Virus record (IMG/VR): IMGVR_UViG_3300034683_000041
Span: 1-64,000 of that record
Direction: 5' to 3' (one strand)
Source of the DNA: a virus
DNA: 64,000 nt
In this document: one piece after another, positions 50,557-60,158 of the stretch
How positions within the stretch are numbered: the first letter of the stretch is position 1
Layout of the letters: each line of letters opens with the position of its first letter
The notes under the pieces: generated by a model
Database searches by the model: none
What the model was told of the DNA's origin: nothing
What the model saw: only the letters and a program-made list of their open reading frames with translations
Translations under genes and position numbers: made by a program

Positions 50557-51616
50557 ATCGACATATAACTTATTCTTAGATCCTCTTTGCGATCAAGGTG
50601 GAGATTTTGAATTTCGTTTGGATGTGTTTTTGACTGATGCTGAACACACTACGAAACTGAACGAAAGGTTAACTATCGAAGAAGATAAAAGCAATCATCT
50701 GAAAGTGCTCATGGCGCTTGTTTCTTCAGGTGAGATAGATCCTACTGACACTACCGTTTTTGATGCTCATGGGAAGTTCAATCGCACGGTATTTGGGATG
50801 GAAAACTTAGAAGTTGTAGAGATGATCACAAACTTTATTAAAAAGATCTTCTCTACTATCTATAAGTTTTTATCTAATATACTAAAGACCATCGAACGTC
50901 TCATCAAGTCTATAATCAACGTTGATCGTCACATGAAAGTAGTTGCAGACAAAGCACAAACAGAACTGAAAGAACTACTTAAATCATCTTCACAAACAGA
51001 AGTTGCAACCGCTCAAGAAAAATTCAAGAAAACACTTATCTTACAGATGTGTCCTAAAGCTGAGTTCCTTGGAATGATAAGTGATTTTTCAAATATTTGT
51101 CAGATCTTAAATGATGGAGCCCACAGTACGATAGGTACGTCCATCCAAGAACTTTCGAAGAAACGAAGTGTGTACGATATTCCTTGGAAAACTAATCGGT
51201 TGATAGCACAAGCAGATCGTCTTGGTATCACTATCACGGATACGACAACCAAGTACGCTTCTCCATTTCAAAAATATCCTGAAGCAAGTATGGAATCCTT
51301 ACAGTACAGAAGTTTCAGAGATGTACTTGAGATAGATCAGAAGTATGTTAAAGACCTTTGGGTTGGGTATACTACGTTGCAGAAGATAGTGGGGAAAATA
51401 GATAACCACAAGTCGAGACTGCAGAGAAAAGAAAAGGAACTTATCAAGTATCAGGATATTGACAAAAGTGTTCTGACAGATAACATCAAATTTGTACAAT
51501 CTCAGATCGCGTTATGTATTTCTTTGTTTGGATCTATTAAACAATCCCAAACTACTTTAAGTTATCGTCGTCGTAGACTTCTTGAAACCGCAGTTAAATC
51601 ATTTGCAAAGGTGTAG
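50549..51616 (+). CDS. internal head protein paralog
   Basis: GME site, amphipathic helix, SMESLQY. Confidence 0.7.
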   Translation: MNESTYNLFLDPLCDQGGDFEFRLDVFLTDAEHTTKLNERLTIEEDKSNHLKVLMALVSSGEIDPTDTTVFDAHGKFNRTVFGMENLEVVEMITNFIKKIFSTIYKFLSNILKTIERLIKSIINVDRHMKVVADKAQTELKELLKSSSQTEVATAQEKFKKTLILQMCPKAEFLGMISDFSNICQILNDGAHSTIGTSIQELSKKRSVYDIPWKTNRLIAQADRLGITITDTTTKYASPFQKYPEASMESLQYRSFRDVLEIDQKYVKDLWVGYTTLQKIVGKIDNHKSRLQRKEKELIKYQDIDKSVLTDNIKFVQSQIALCISLFGSIKQSQTTLSYRRRRLLETAVKSFAKV

Positions 51617-51618
51617 TC

Positions 51619-53187
51619 ATGTTCAAAGCTATAGAAGCCATCAATTTCCAAGTTGGATCTAATTTTCATAGAGAACTTACTAAAGTATTTCAGAAAGCTT
51701 TAGATTACCGAGATTCTATAGATCTTAGTAATCGGGAAGAATCTCAGATATCTAAGATACGAAAACAGAAAATGGATAAATATTGTTTGTCCGTACTTAA
51801 AGAAGATATTACCAAAGCATTTTACTCTACTGTGGGGTTAAAAGTTAAAACCGTTCACTGTATTGGAACTAGAAATGAAAAACACGTAACAGGGATGTTC
51901 GCTGTTGATTTGTCCATGAAAAATACCTGGAACATAATGGACATTATGAATGCTCAATCTGGCAATGCACGAGGAAATGAATATCCTTCTGCAGCACTCA
52001 GAGAGCTTAGAGATATGTACAAAAATCTGGATCTCAACACCAGTAAACTGTCATCTACTAAAGTTCCGGGAAGTAAAGACATCGAGATCTTTGTGGATCT
52101 CTTCATCGATGTCAATGCTGCATTCTTGTTACACGATTATCTTCCAGTACACGTTGCAAAACCATTTACTGCAGAAGAACTTTCAGCTATCTATATCCAT
52201 GAATGTGGACACATGTTGTCTCTGATAGAAAGAAGTCAGCACATGCATTATACTGCACTTCAAGTCAGAAAACATTTGCACATGAATCCTGAGTTACTTA
52301 AAGACAAACAAGAACTTAAAGATTGTCTGGCTGTAAGTTCTGAAATAGTTACTATTGCACACGACCACGGTACGATAGATAAGAACATGAAAGACAAGTT
52401 AATCAAAGCTCACGATAGTTTAACTTATCTTTTAGATCAGGAGAAGGGCGGAGTCTTTGGTGCTACTTTGGAATTGCTTTTACGTACCATAGCAACTGGA
52501 ATAATCTTTGTACTTTGGATAGTGTATTGTCTTCCTTCTATGACTGTGTTCTTTGCAGTCTTTGGAGGAGTGACCAATGAGTTTGGTCCTACAGACTCAA
52601 ACAAAACTTCCGATCTTCCTATAGACTCTCGAAGAATATTCCAGATCGAACGTGCTGCAGATGAGTTTGCTTCCAGACATGGAGCAGGAGGAGCATTAGC
52701 TACTGCTCTTAGTAAACTGGACAACATAATAAGCGCTTCTTACATGGGTTCTGTAAATTCGGTAAAACTCAGACGTTCTAAGCTATACGCCAAATGGGTT
52801 ATCATATTAGGGAAGTATTTCTCTTTCGATGTATGGAATGGTATCTATACCTTCGGATATGAAAATCATTTAGCTCGTTTAATCCGACTTGGACAAAATC
52901 AAAGAGCCATCTTTAAAGAAAATCTGGCTTCTCCTGTACTTGTAGAGTATCTTAATGATTACGATCTTATTCTTAGTCAGATAAACCAAGCCACATCTAC
53001 TGGCGTTGCAAAGTACGGTCATATCCTTAACAACTTCCTTATGGAATACGCCAATCCGATCACTCTCCTCTCTGCTATAACTACTGGACGAGTAGTCAAA
53101 GATCAGACTAAGTTGAATAATGCTATCGATGAGCTCATAAATAACAAACTGTATGTGACCAGTGCAAGATTTAAATCTCTGGGATAG
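51619..53187 (+). CDS. virion protein with M48-like Zn-metallopeptidase motifs (phiKZ gp86-like)
   Basis: AIEAINFQ start, HECGH, ERAADEFASRHG..ALATALSKL, hydrophobic segment. Confidence 0.78.
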   Translation: MFKAIEAINFQVGSNFHRELTKVFQKALDYRDSIDLSNREESQISKIRKQKMDKYCLSVLKEDITKAFYSTVGLKVKTVHCIGTRNEKHVTGMFAVDLSMKNTWNIMDIMNAQSGNARGNEYPSAALRELRDMYKNLDLNTSKLSSTKVPGSKDIEIFVDLFIDVNAAFLLHDYLPVHVAKPFTAEELSAIYIHECGHMLSLIERSQHMHYTALQVRKHLHMNPELLKDKQELKDCLAVSSEIVTIAHDHGTIDKNMKDKLIKAHDSLTYLLDQEKGGVFGATLELLLRTIATGIIFVLWIVYCLPSMTVFFAVFGGVTNEFGPTDSNKTSDLPIDSRRIFQIERAADEFASRHGAGGALATALSKLDNIISASYMGSVNSVKLRRSKLYAKWVIILGKYFSFDVWNGIYTFGYENHLARLIRLGQNQRAIFKENLASPVLVEYLNDYDLILSQINQATSTGVAKYGHILNNFLMEYANPITLLSAITTGRVVKDQTKLNNAIDELINNKLYVTSARFKSLG

Positions 53188-53196
53188 TGTAACATT

Positions 53197-53228
53197 AAGG
53201 ATGGTAGATGAAAAACTCTACCATCCTT
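53197..53228. terminator. 12-bp hairpin
   Basis: aaggatggtaga/tctaccatcctt. Confidence 0.6.
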
Positions 53229-53249
53229 CTGTGAATTGGGAGAATCACA

Positions 53250-53993
53250 ATGTTTTCATCTATAGAAAAATTACAAAGGAACTTTCAAGGTGAGGTAGAA
53301 ACAAAAGGAGGAGCGACTAAGTTTTTCTATCATCTATCTCCCGTACCAGGGATCAAAAAACTGAGACCTTCTACTTCGAAATATTCGGAAAAAGAAGGAA
53401 ATAAAAGTACAAATAGAATATGTTTTGCAGATACCATGCACGGTTGTGTCCAAGCTTTATTTCTTCCAGGATGGACTAGAAATTTTGTATGGGATAAAAC
53501 CGATCACATGCTGCATCTTACAAAAGCTATGGTTGGTAAGAAAGAATATGAATTTTCGGTATATCGTGTAAATGCGCTAGACTTTGATTTAGAGTATATT
53601 TCTAATCATGAATCAGATAAAGACTCAAGTGTAAATGTATTCGATATGCATCTTACTGGAGAACTAGGATACCGGAAAACTATAGCCTGTGAAGACATGG
53701 GAACTATAAGGATCAAGATGCTCTCAAAAACAGAACATCTTGCAAAACCATATCCGTGGATATTTTACTGGCTACATATCGGACAACTTAATCAATATCC
53801 GACTCCATTAGAAGATTTTAAATTATCCACAAAACCTAACTCCAGTAGGATCCTTCAGAAGGATATAGAATTAGACCTAGCACGATTTAGAAAACGCGTC
53901 TCTGCCGCTATTCCGTACTACGAAAAAGAAACTGTTCGTGTTATGAACGAAATTGTCACTTACTACAAAACTGGACAATATAATCCAAAATAA
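53250..53993 (+). CDS. putative ADP-ribosyltransferase-fold protein
   Basis: FYHLS..L.P, RICFA..GC..A, D..LTGE pattern. Confidence 0.5.
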   Translation: MFSSIEKLQRNFQGEVETKGGATKFFYHLSPVPGIKKLRPSTSKYSEKEGNKSTNRICFADTMHGCVQALFLPGWTRNFVWDKTDHMLHLTKAMVGKKEYEFSVYRVNALDFDLEYISNHESDKDSSVNVFDMHLTGELGYRKTIACEDMGTIRIKMLSKTEHLAKPYPWIFYWLHIGQLNQYPTPLEDFKLSTKPNSSRILQKDIELDLARFRKRVSAAIPYYEKETVRVMNEIVTYYKTGQYNPK

Positions 53994-54050
53994 CATAAGA
54001 GACCTTGTAAGGTCTCTTATGTCGTTCAAATTAAATGGTAACTATATTAC
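53993..54050 (+). promoter_or_regulatory. hairpin (53993-54022) plus early promoter TATATTAC (54043-54050)
   Basis: seen directly. Confidence 0.75.
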
Positions 54051-54233
54051 TAACACAGACACATCTAAAGTAATCTTAATTCTACATTAAAGGAGAACCC
54101 CTATGCGAAATCCCTGGATCATCATTTTCTGGTAGTTCTTAAAAAAGAATAGATCACTAGTACAGCGAGTACTCTAGTACAACGGATACACTAAGCGTAC
54201 ACGAAGTTATGAACCTTTCATGGAGGACAGATC

Positions 54234-54608
54234 ATGTATCTATCTGAATTCGTATATCCGTGCATCACCTACGTATTGCGGCGGAAAAATATAGTACAAC
54301 CCCCCGAGAACCTTATGACCGGGGAAGGTTGGCATATACTGAAGTTTGATCTGGAGCATGTGGAAGTTGGAGATATTGTTTGCTGGAACAGTACTCCACG
54401 CACGTTTGATGCGACTTTGGAGATCGTTAACGGGATACCTATATCTCGAAGAACCACTTATGACCGGCACTTTGGAGTATACGAAGGAGACAAACTGATC
54501 AGCGATCTAACCACAAATAACAACGAAATTGTTCCAAGAATCCGGATACGCTCACTAGACAGTGCTCGACATCCCGATTACATATATCGCCAAGTACTGT
54601 CAGACTAA
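54234..54608 (+). CDS. NlpC/P60-like protein
   Basis: PCITYV, VGDIVCW, HFGVYEGD. Confidence 0.6.
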   Translation: MYLSEFVYPCITYVLRRKNIVQPPENLMTGEGWHILKFDLEHVEVGDIVCWNSTPRTFDATLEIVNGIPISRRTTYDRHFGVYEGDKLISDLTTNNNEIVPRIRIRSLDSARHPDYIYRQVLSD

Positions 54609-54637
54609 ATCCATCCGCAAATCAAAGGAGAATCGAC

Positions 54638-54958
54638 ATGCAGATAGTCACTATTGATACAGTCAAAACAGACACGCCTCAACATATGAAAACCGTACAA
54701 AGCAACACAACGTACGACTGCTTCTTTCTAAGAGGCAAAACCGGCAATATATATGCGACGATTGATTTCGTCAATTTCATGATCGTCTTCGATCATAAAA
54801 AAGATTACACTAAATTGGACAGATTTCAGCAACTGTGCGTCCAGTGCCTCATGCATGATACCCCACTCCCCAGCGATATAGGAGATCCCTATGCTTCGAC
54901 AATTTCAGATTTATCTTATCGGGATTCTCATCCTAGGATCTCCGATATCCGCGCATAG
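54638..54958 (+). CDS. hypothetical protein
   Basis: AAGGAG RBS. Confidence 0.7.
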   Translation: MQIVTIDTVKTDTPQHMKTVQSNTTYDCFFLRGKTGNIYATIDFVNFMIVFDHKKDYTKLDRFQQLCVQCLMHDTPLPSDIGDPYASTISDLSYRDSHPRISDIRA

Positions 54959-55274
54959 CACATACGAAGCTAACAATCTGCCAGAATTTAGTTTAGCTTT
55001 GTTAGTTTACGAGGATGGCTCAGGTGCACTCCATGTCCAATTCGACAAAGCTGTCAAAGAACGCAACATGGAGATCTTCCTACAAACATACAGATCCGGG
55101 TATACGTTTGACGTAAGCTATTGGATCGCAGCAAATGAAGCCCTATGTGACCTTGATGCAGAAATAACCCAATTGCTTATGAACGACATCGAATCCTACC
55201 GAAGTTCAATTGTTGTTAGACTTCGGAAAAAAGGGACTGGGGTCACGGTCTGGGCAAAAGAAACCAGTATCTAA
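54891..55274 (+). CDS. signal-peptide-bearing hypothetical protein
   Basis: AGGAG RBS; MLRQFQIYLIGILILGSPISA. Confidence 0.65.
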   Translation: MLRQFQIYLIGILILGSPISAHSTYEANNLPEFSLALLVYEDGSGALHVQFDKAVKERNMEIFLQTYRSGYTFDVSYWIAANEALCDLDAEITQLLMNDIESYRSSIVVRLRKKGTGVTVWAKETSI

Positions 55275-55276
55275 TC

Positions 55277-55320
55277 ATAAGAGTGGTCCCCGTAAGGGTG
55301 ACCACTCTTATATTTTTTTA
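55277..55320. terminator. terminator between convergent genes
   Basis: ataagagtggtc/gaccactcttat plus T tract. Confidence 0.75.
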
Positions 55321-55722
55321 TTTCTTTATTTCAGATACACGATATCCCTGAGATTTTAAAAAACTCAAGATATCAGATACTGCACTTTTGTCTGTACCAT
55401 GGAATCGGATATCGATATAGTCGATGTAAGGTACAAGTTCTACACTGGAAGGAATTATCCAGTCTTTGGCAAATACCTTGGTACTACTGAGTGATCCTTG
55501 TTTGACAACTACTACTAAGAACTGAAGCTCTCGAATGGATGGTAACGAACCAGTACTTTTCTCAACTTCTTTGTGGTAAGGAACCAGATCTCTCGAGTAT
55601 ACCAGTGCACCATCGTAAGTGACAATGCCTGACACTTCCCCAGTATATACATTACTATCTAACCCGTTGTGGGTTTGAAACTTGATACGCTGACCTACTT
55701 GAATATCGTTGATAGCTATCAT
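55318..55722 (-). CDS. hypothetical protein
   Basis: 134 aa, AAGGA RBS, operon. Confidence 0.7.
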   Translation of the reverse strand: MIAINDIQVGQRIKFQTHNGLDSNVYTGEVSGIVTYDGALVYSRDLVPYHKEVEKSTGSLPSIRELQFLVVVVKQGSLSSTKVFAKDWIIPSSVELVPYIDYIDIRFHGTDKSAVSDILSFLKSQGYRVSEIKK

Positions 55723-55736
55723 AGCAGTTCCTTATT

Positions 55737-57659
55737 CTAGATGTTAGCAGCATTTGGTATGATGCACATCCTCAAAGTTCCAATAGGAACACACACCTCA
55801 CGCAATCTTCTACAAAGCTCCGTTGTCATGTGTGCAGTCTGTGATGGAGGTCCAGATATCCGATCAGGAGTTATGTGCCGGATACATTCTTCAAGTTGTG
55901 TTTTGTCTTGAGGATTGTTGATCTTCCTAAGATCCAGTACGTCAAAATACATAGTTTTATCGTATACTTGTTCGTATGTGAGATGTGAGTCTAATGCAAG
56001 CATCCATTTGTCAGGAAGTTCCGAACTAGACAGATCTCCTCGAAGTACCGACAAAAACGTTTCCTTAAAAGACTTTGATAAAATATCAAGTATAGTTTTT
56101 TGAAGGTCATGTTCTCCATAGAACGTCTCTTCAGCATCGCAAGTATACGTGTCTACAAGATTCTTGGTAATCCAATACATCTTGTACATCGCATTTACAA
56201 CAATACCTGCATCGATCGCTTGTATAGCGGAACCTATGCAGTCTTCAGCAAGAGCTTTGCCAGCTATCACGTCATGTGAAGTTCCACCAATATCAAGATA
56301 CATTTTATTCACATACAGAAGATCACTAAGTCCGGTTTCTAATTCGGTGATCTCGGCAATGTTGGCGGTATGCTCGTTACGACACAACTCTAAGATCTCA
56401 TCTATCTTTTGATATGAAGCTTTGAACTGTGGATATTTATCCATGTTCTTTAATGCAGGATGAGAGTTATCCCCTTCAACAACGTCTGGGATGATGTTAG
56501 AGATACGGATGTCTGTTCTATCCACATGCACGGATGCACCTTCAATTATGCATTCTCTGATATCGGGAAGCATGTCGTCATATCCGAACGACTTAACGTT
56601 GGCTTTTCCGTTGATACTGAGAGCTTTCCAAGGAAGACCGTATCGAGTAGACTCTGTAGGATATACCCCAACGATCACAACGGCTTTAGTCAGTTCCATC
56701 CATTTCCGGAAAAATTCGCGTACTGTAACTCCTATACCTTGACTTGTTGCAGGAACCATCACCACATGAGGTTTGATAGTATCTTCCGTTCCTATCTCGG
56801 TAAAGTATTCGATGATCTTGGTAGTTTCGTCAGAAACGTCCATGATGTTTTTCGGAAGAACAAGAAGATTAACATCATCAGCTTCATATACTCTACCGCC
56901 TTCTCGATTCAGATGATGAATACTACAAGAATCTATAGCAATATTCCTGAACCGATATTCGCAATTTTCAACTCCAACAGAAAACGTTTTTTCTGTTTCG
57001 ACATTTCTGGTGCGATAGTCGATACTGGAAGAAGATCCAGCTAAAGGCATGTTCAAGAATATTTCTTCTATAGCTTTAGCAAGTTCAATATTTCCACCAG
57101 AGGCAGTCAGAGACTGGATATATGCCATCTTACCTATTGCTTGCTGTCGACTGATGTCAAAACGTTTTTCAAGATCTTCGACTTTGAGTACGATATCCTT
57201 TGAAGAATTTAAGACTTGGTCAAACATCTTCGCAAAAGCCAAGTTCATTTCGTATATGGAATAATTTTCAAATTTATCAGACGCTTCCAGCATGTTCCGT
57301 ATGAAATTACAAGCCATGAGCATGGAAGTGGTCGTACCATCTTTACAAGACTGATCAACTCGACGTCCAATATAAGCTATCGCACTTTTGAGGTGTTCCT
57401 GTGCAGGGTTAATGCACTCTATAGCTCCAAGGACTTTAGATCCATCTCGGATAAATGCCCGTATCTGCAAAGTAGGATCGGCACTATTACCAGACATACT
57501 TGCAGAATAGATCAGAGTATTTCTAGCAAACGGACCACATATGGTGGTAAGGTGCTGAGTAAAACTCTCAAGGGTCTGGGTAAGAATGTGTTTAAGGTCT
57601 TCACCCTGTATGGTGTTCGTAACGTTTTGAAAAGATTTTAACTTCAAAGGTTCAGCCAT
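55737..57659 (-). CDS. divergent GroEL-like chaperonin
   Basis: GPFARN, RDG, KDGTTTS, IGGTS..AED...A..AIDAGIV. Confidence 0.78.
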   Translation of the reverse strand: MAEPLKLKSFQNVTNTIQGEDLKHILTQTLESFTQHLTTICGPFARNTLIYSASMSGNSADPTLQIRAFIRDGSKVLGAIECINPAQEHLKSAIAYIGRRVDQSCKDGTTTSMLMACNFIRNMLEASDKFENYSIYEMNLAFAKMFDQVLNSSKDIVLKVEDLEKRFDISRQQAIGKMAYIQSLTASGGNIELAKAIEEIFLNMPLAGSSSSIDYRTRNVETEKTFSVGVENCEYRFRNIAIDSCSIHHLNREGGRVYEADDVNLLVLPKNIMDVSDETTKIIEYFTEIGTEDTIKPHVVMVPATSQGIGVTVREFFRKWMELTKAVVIVGVYPTESTRYGLPWKALSINGKANVKSFGYDDMLPDIRECIIEGASVHVDRTDIRISNIIPDVVEGDNSHPALKNMDKYPQFKASYQKIDEILELCRNEHTANIAEITELETGLSDLLYVNKMYLDIGGTSHDVIAGKALAEDCIGSAIQAIDAGIVVNAMYKMYWITKNLVDTYTCDAEETFYGEHDLQKTILDILSKSFKETFLSVLRGDLSSSELPDKWMLALDSHLTYEQVYDKTMYFDVLDLRKINNPQDKTQLEECIRHITPDRISGPPSQTAHMTTELCRRLREVCVPIGTLRMCIIPNAANI

Positions 57660-57675
57660 GTGTATCTCCTATATT

Positions 57676-57975
57676 TTAATCCGACAAGTCATGGATAAGG
57701 TCATTTTCAATCTTAGAATTTGCAGCACTACGCTTTTCCATGGTCTGTATGATTTTATTATAAGTCACAGTATCCAAATTTAAGAGATCTGTCAAACGCA
57801 GTCCCAGTGTACGATAGATCGGATATCTATCCATATCTACAAGAACATTTTCAAGCATCACTGAAGAAGGGGGATCTGACAATTCAGTAACCATGAATCC
57901 AGTGATCCCCCCTTTACGTCTAACAGATTTTCCTATCCGTCCCGCAAGATAAGCTTCGTTAAAGCTAGTGGTCAT
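57676..57975 (-). CDS. probable C-terminal frameshift extension of the upstream gene
   Basis: frame open upstream past 58101; no clear RBS. Confidence 0.6.
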   Translation of the reverse strand: MTTSFNEAYLAGRIGKSVRRKGGITGFMVTELSDPPSSVMLENVLVDMDRYPIYRTLGLRLTDLLNLDTVTYNKIIQTMEKRSAANSKIENDLIHDLSD

Positions 57976-58064
57976 GATCGCCCAGCTTATCCCGTCTTCA
58001 GGAGCAGCCTCAACGATCTTTGACCACTTCGATATATACTCATCTACATGTTCGTCCGTGGTGG

Positions 58065-60158
58065 TTAACGGGACAAATCGTCCACCACTATCATAAAAAA
58101 CACGTAGAGCATATCGAGCGGAAGAAGTCCATTAACAACTTGTTCAGGTTCTCGTCCACATTTGGGACACGCAGAATACAGTGCTGCGAAATGCGAACAC
58201 CGGTTATCGTTGTAGATCTCAAAGAAGTCTTTGGAAAAATCTTCAACTTCAGGACGAGACTGTAACTGATCCAATATCTGTACAAGTGCAGAAGGATCGT
58301 CTACACTAACCTGATTGCCCGTTTTAGGATGTACCATTTTGACACGGCGAATCCAAGGAGCAATTTGCTGGTATTTTCTATAGCTCAGCGCTTCAGAAAC
58401 CGCAGAGATGTCTCGAAGAGAAACAACTTCTGCAAGTCGGGCAACAAAAGCTAACCCAGACTCTATCCACTGTGCAACTGTGGGAGTCTCCATCTCAACA
58501 TATACGGAAGAACCTACATGTACTGTACGTTTTCCTTTCAAAAACTCATTACGGTATTTCTCTAATTCTTCGGCAGTACGAGGAGTATTGCTCAGAATGA
58601 AATTCAGAGCCTCACCGTTAAGTTTTTGGAAATCGATATGTCTAAGTTTTTTAACATCCACTTTTGCAGTATCGACATACCCGCATTCCGGATGATTGTC
58701 AACAAAATCGATTTCTGTACCTTCAGGGTACATAAGACAAGCTACTGCCCAGACACAAGAATCGAAGTCGTGAAATGATACGTTCTTCCAGAAAACTTCT
58801 TCAAGAGAAGTTCCGGCTTCTGCTTTCAGTGTAGTTTTACAAATCAGTTTAAGGAACAGATCTGCAAAATTCTTTTTCAAGGACACAGAAGCAGGAGCGG
58901 AAGCAAGTTCTCCGAAAAGATATCCGTATTCTCGTTCTGCAGCTCGTGCATCAGAGATAAATGCATGAAGTTCTGCTTTAGTCGGAGGACGTAAAGTTAC
59001 AGTCAATCCACTGTTATAGAGTTTCAGACTAAACAAAGGACTGATGTAGGGAAGGAACTGTTGTGCTGCATTAGGACCACTGATAACGTGGTCTTTTTTC
59101 AGATTGATATTTTCCGGACTCAAGATAACATCTGAGAGGATTTTACCATTTTTCAGTTTTGTTCTAGGACGCAGATATTTTGTATCGCACTTTTCCAACG
59201 ATTCTTTTTCTGCTTGTGTTTCTCTACCAGAAGATTGGTAACTACGATAAAGTGTAGACGGAAATGTTTTAGGATCGTTCAATGCCGAGATCTTAAGTAG
59301 CTGTCTTTCTTTAGGCTCATCAGATTCCGGGGTAACACTACCCATCTGACGATTGATATACGTAGGGTGAGTTACAATAGTAGTAGCTTTCGGATTTTCT
59401 GTTATAGCCTCTGTCCAAAACGGTATCAGAAGTTCTTCTTCAGCTGCAATAAGTCGTTGAGCTTCTTCTTCTGTCAAATATTCGTCCTCATCAGAAGACA
59501 TCTCATTAACCGAAGAATTCTCCAGTACTTCATCGGAAACCATGATAGGCTCCAACATATCTTCCAAAGACCTAGAACTATCCAAATCCATTTCTTCATT
59601 TACAGATTCCTGAGGTTCTACTACTTCCTCTTCAGGAGTCAACAGATCTTCAGCTATCTGTTCCACAGGAAACTCATCCAAGTCATCGTACATATCTTCA
59701 ACGAGGGAAGAGTGTTCTTCCGCCGCAACTTCTTTTGGTTCTTCTTCAGTATCTTCTAAAGGAGTACCATCCAATCCAGGGGAATATCCTTGGATCTCTT
59801 CAGAAGTGGTTGCTGTATCTGCCGCAACTGAAGATACTCCTTCAGTATCTACATTAAGTCGAGTATCTTGCGTTTGAGAAACACTCTTGATCTCGTCACT
59901 GAATTTCATGGTAATATTCTCCGTATCTGACTTTACCGTTGGACGGTAGGGTTTATTATTTTCATGATCAGACATATCAATAGGCATAGTCTTCTCCTGA
60001 CGAATGGGTTTTGGTTTTCTTTTTTGTATATCTGAAAGACTCATGGGAGTAGAGCCTTTATGATTTACCGTAATGGGTTTAGGTTGAAATTTTGAAGCAG
60101 GCTTTTGTACTGGAAGTGTTGCTCCAGTTATATCTGTCGTTGGTCGTCTAGTAGGCAT
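58065..60158 (-). CDS. baseplate hub / tail assembly chaperone-like protein with acidic disordered N-terminus
   Basis: LYNSG..TLRPPT, MYPEG, CPKC, ends VFF; AGGAG RBS before ATG 60158. Confidence 0.6.
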   Translation of the reverse strand: MPTRRPTTDITGATLPVQKPASKFQPKPITVNHKGSTPMSLSDIQKRKPKPIRQEKTMPIDMSDHENNKPYRPTVKSDTENITMKFSDEIKSVSQTQDTRLNVDTEGVSSVAADTATTSEEIQGYSPGLDGTPLEDTEEEPKEVAAEEHSSLVEDMYDDLDEFPVEQIAEDLLTPEEEVVEPQESVNEEMDLDSSRSLEDMLEPIMVSDEVLENSSVNEMSSDEDEYLTEEEAQRLIAAEEELLIPFWTEAITENPKATTIVTHPTYINRQMGSVTPESDEPKERQLLKISALNDPKTFPSTLYRSYQSSGRETQAEKESLEKCDTKYLRPRTKLKNGKILSDVILSPENINLKKDHVISGPNAAQQFLPYISPLFSLKLYNSGLTVTLRPPTKAELHAFISDARAAEREYGYLFGELASAPASVSLKKNFADLFLKLICKTTLKAEAGTSLEEVFWKNVSFHDFDSCVWAVACLMYPEGTEIDFVDNHPECGYVDTAKVDVKKLRHIDFQKLNGEALNFILSNTPRTAEELEKYRNEFLKGKRTVHVGSSVYVEMETPTVAQWIESGLAFVARLAEVVSLRDISAVSEALSYRKYQQIAPWIRRVKMVHPKTGNQVSVDDPSALVQILDQLQSRPEVEDFSKDFFEIYNDNRCSHFAALYSACPKCGREPEQVVNGLLPLDMLYVFFMIVVDDLSR

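Noticed and set aside
55737-57659. Chimallin (nuclear shell protein), suggested by size and proximity to the DNA polymerase
   Set aside because: DGTTT and other motifs indicate a chaperonin; no chimallin is recognisable in this window.
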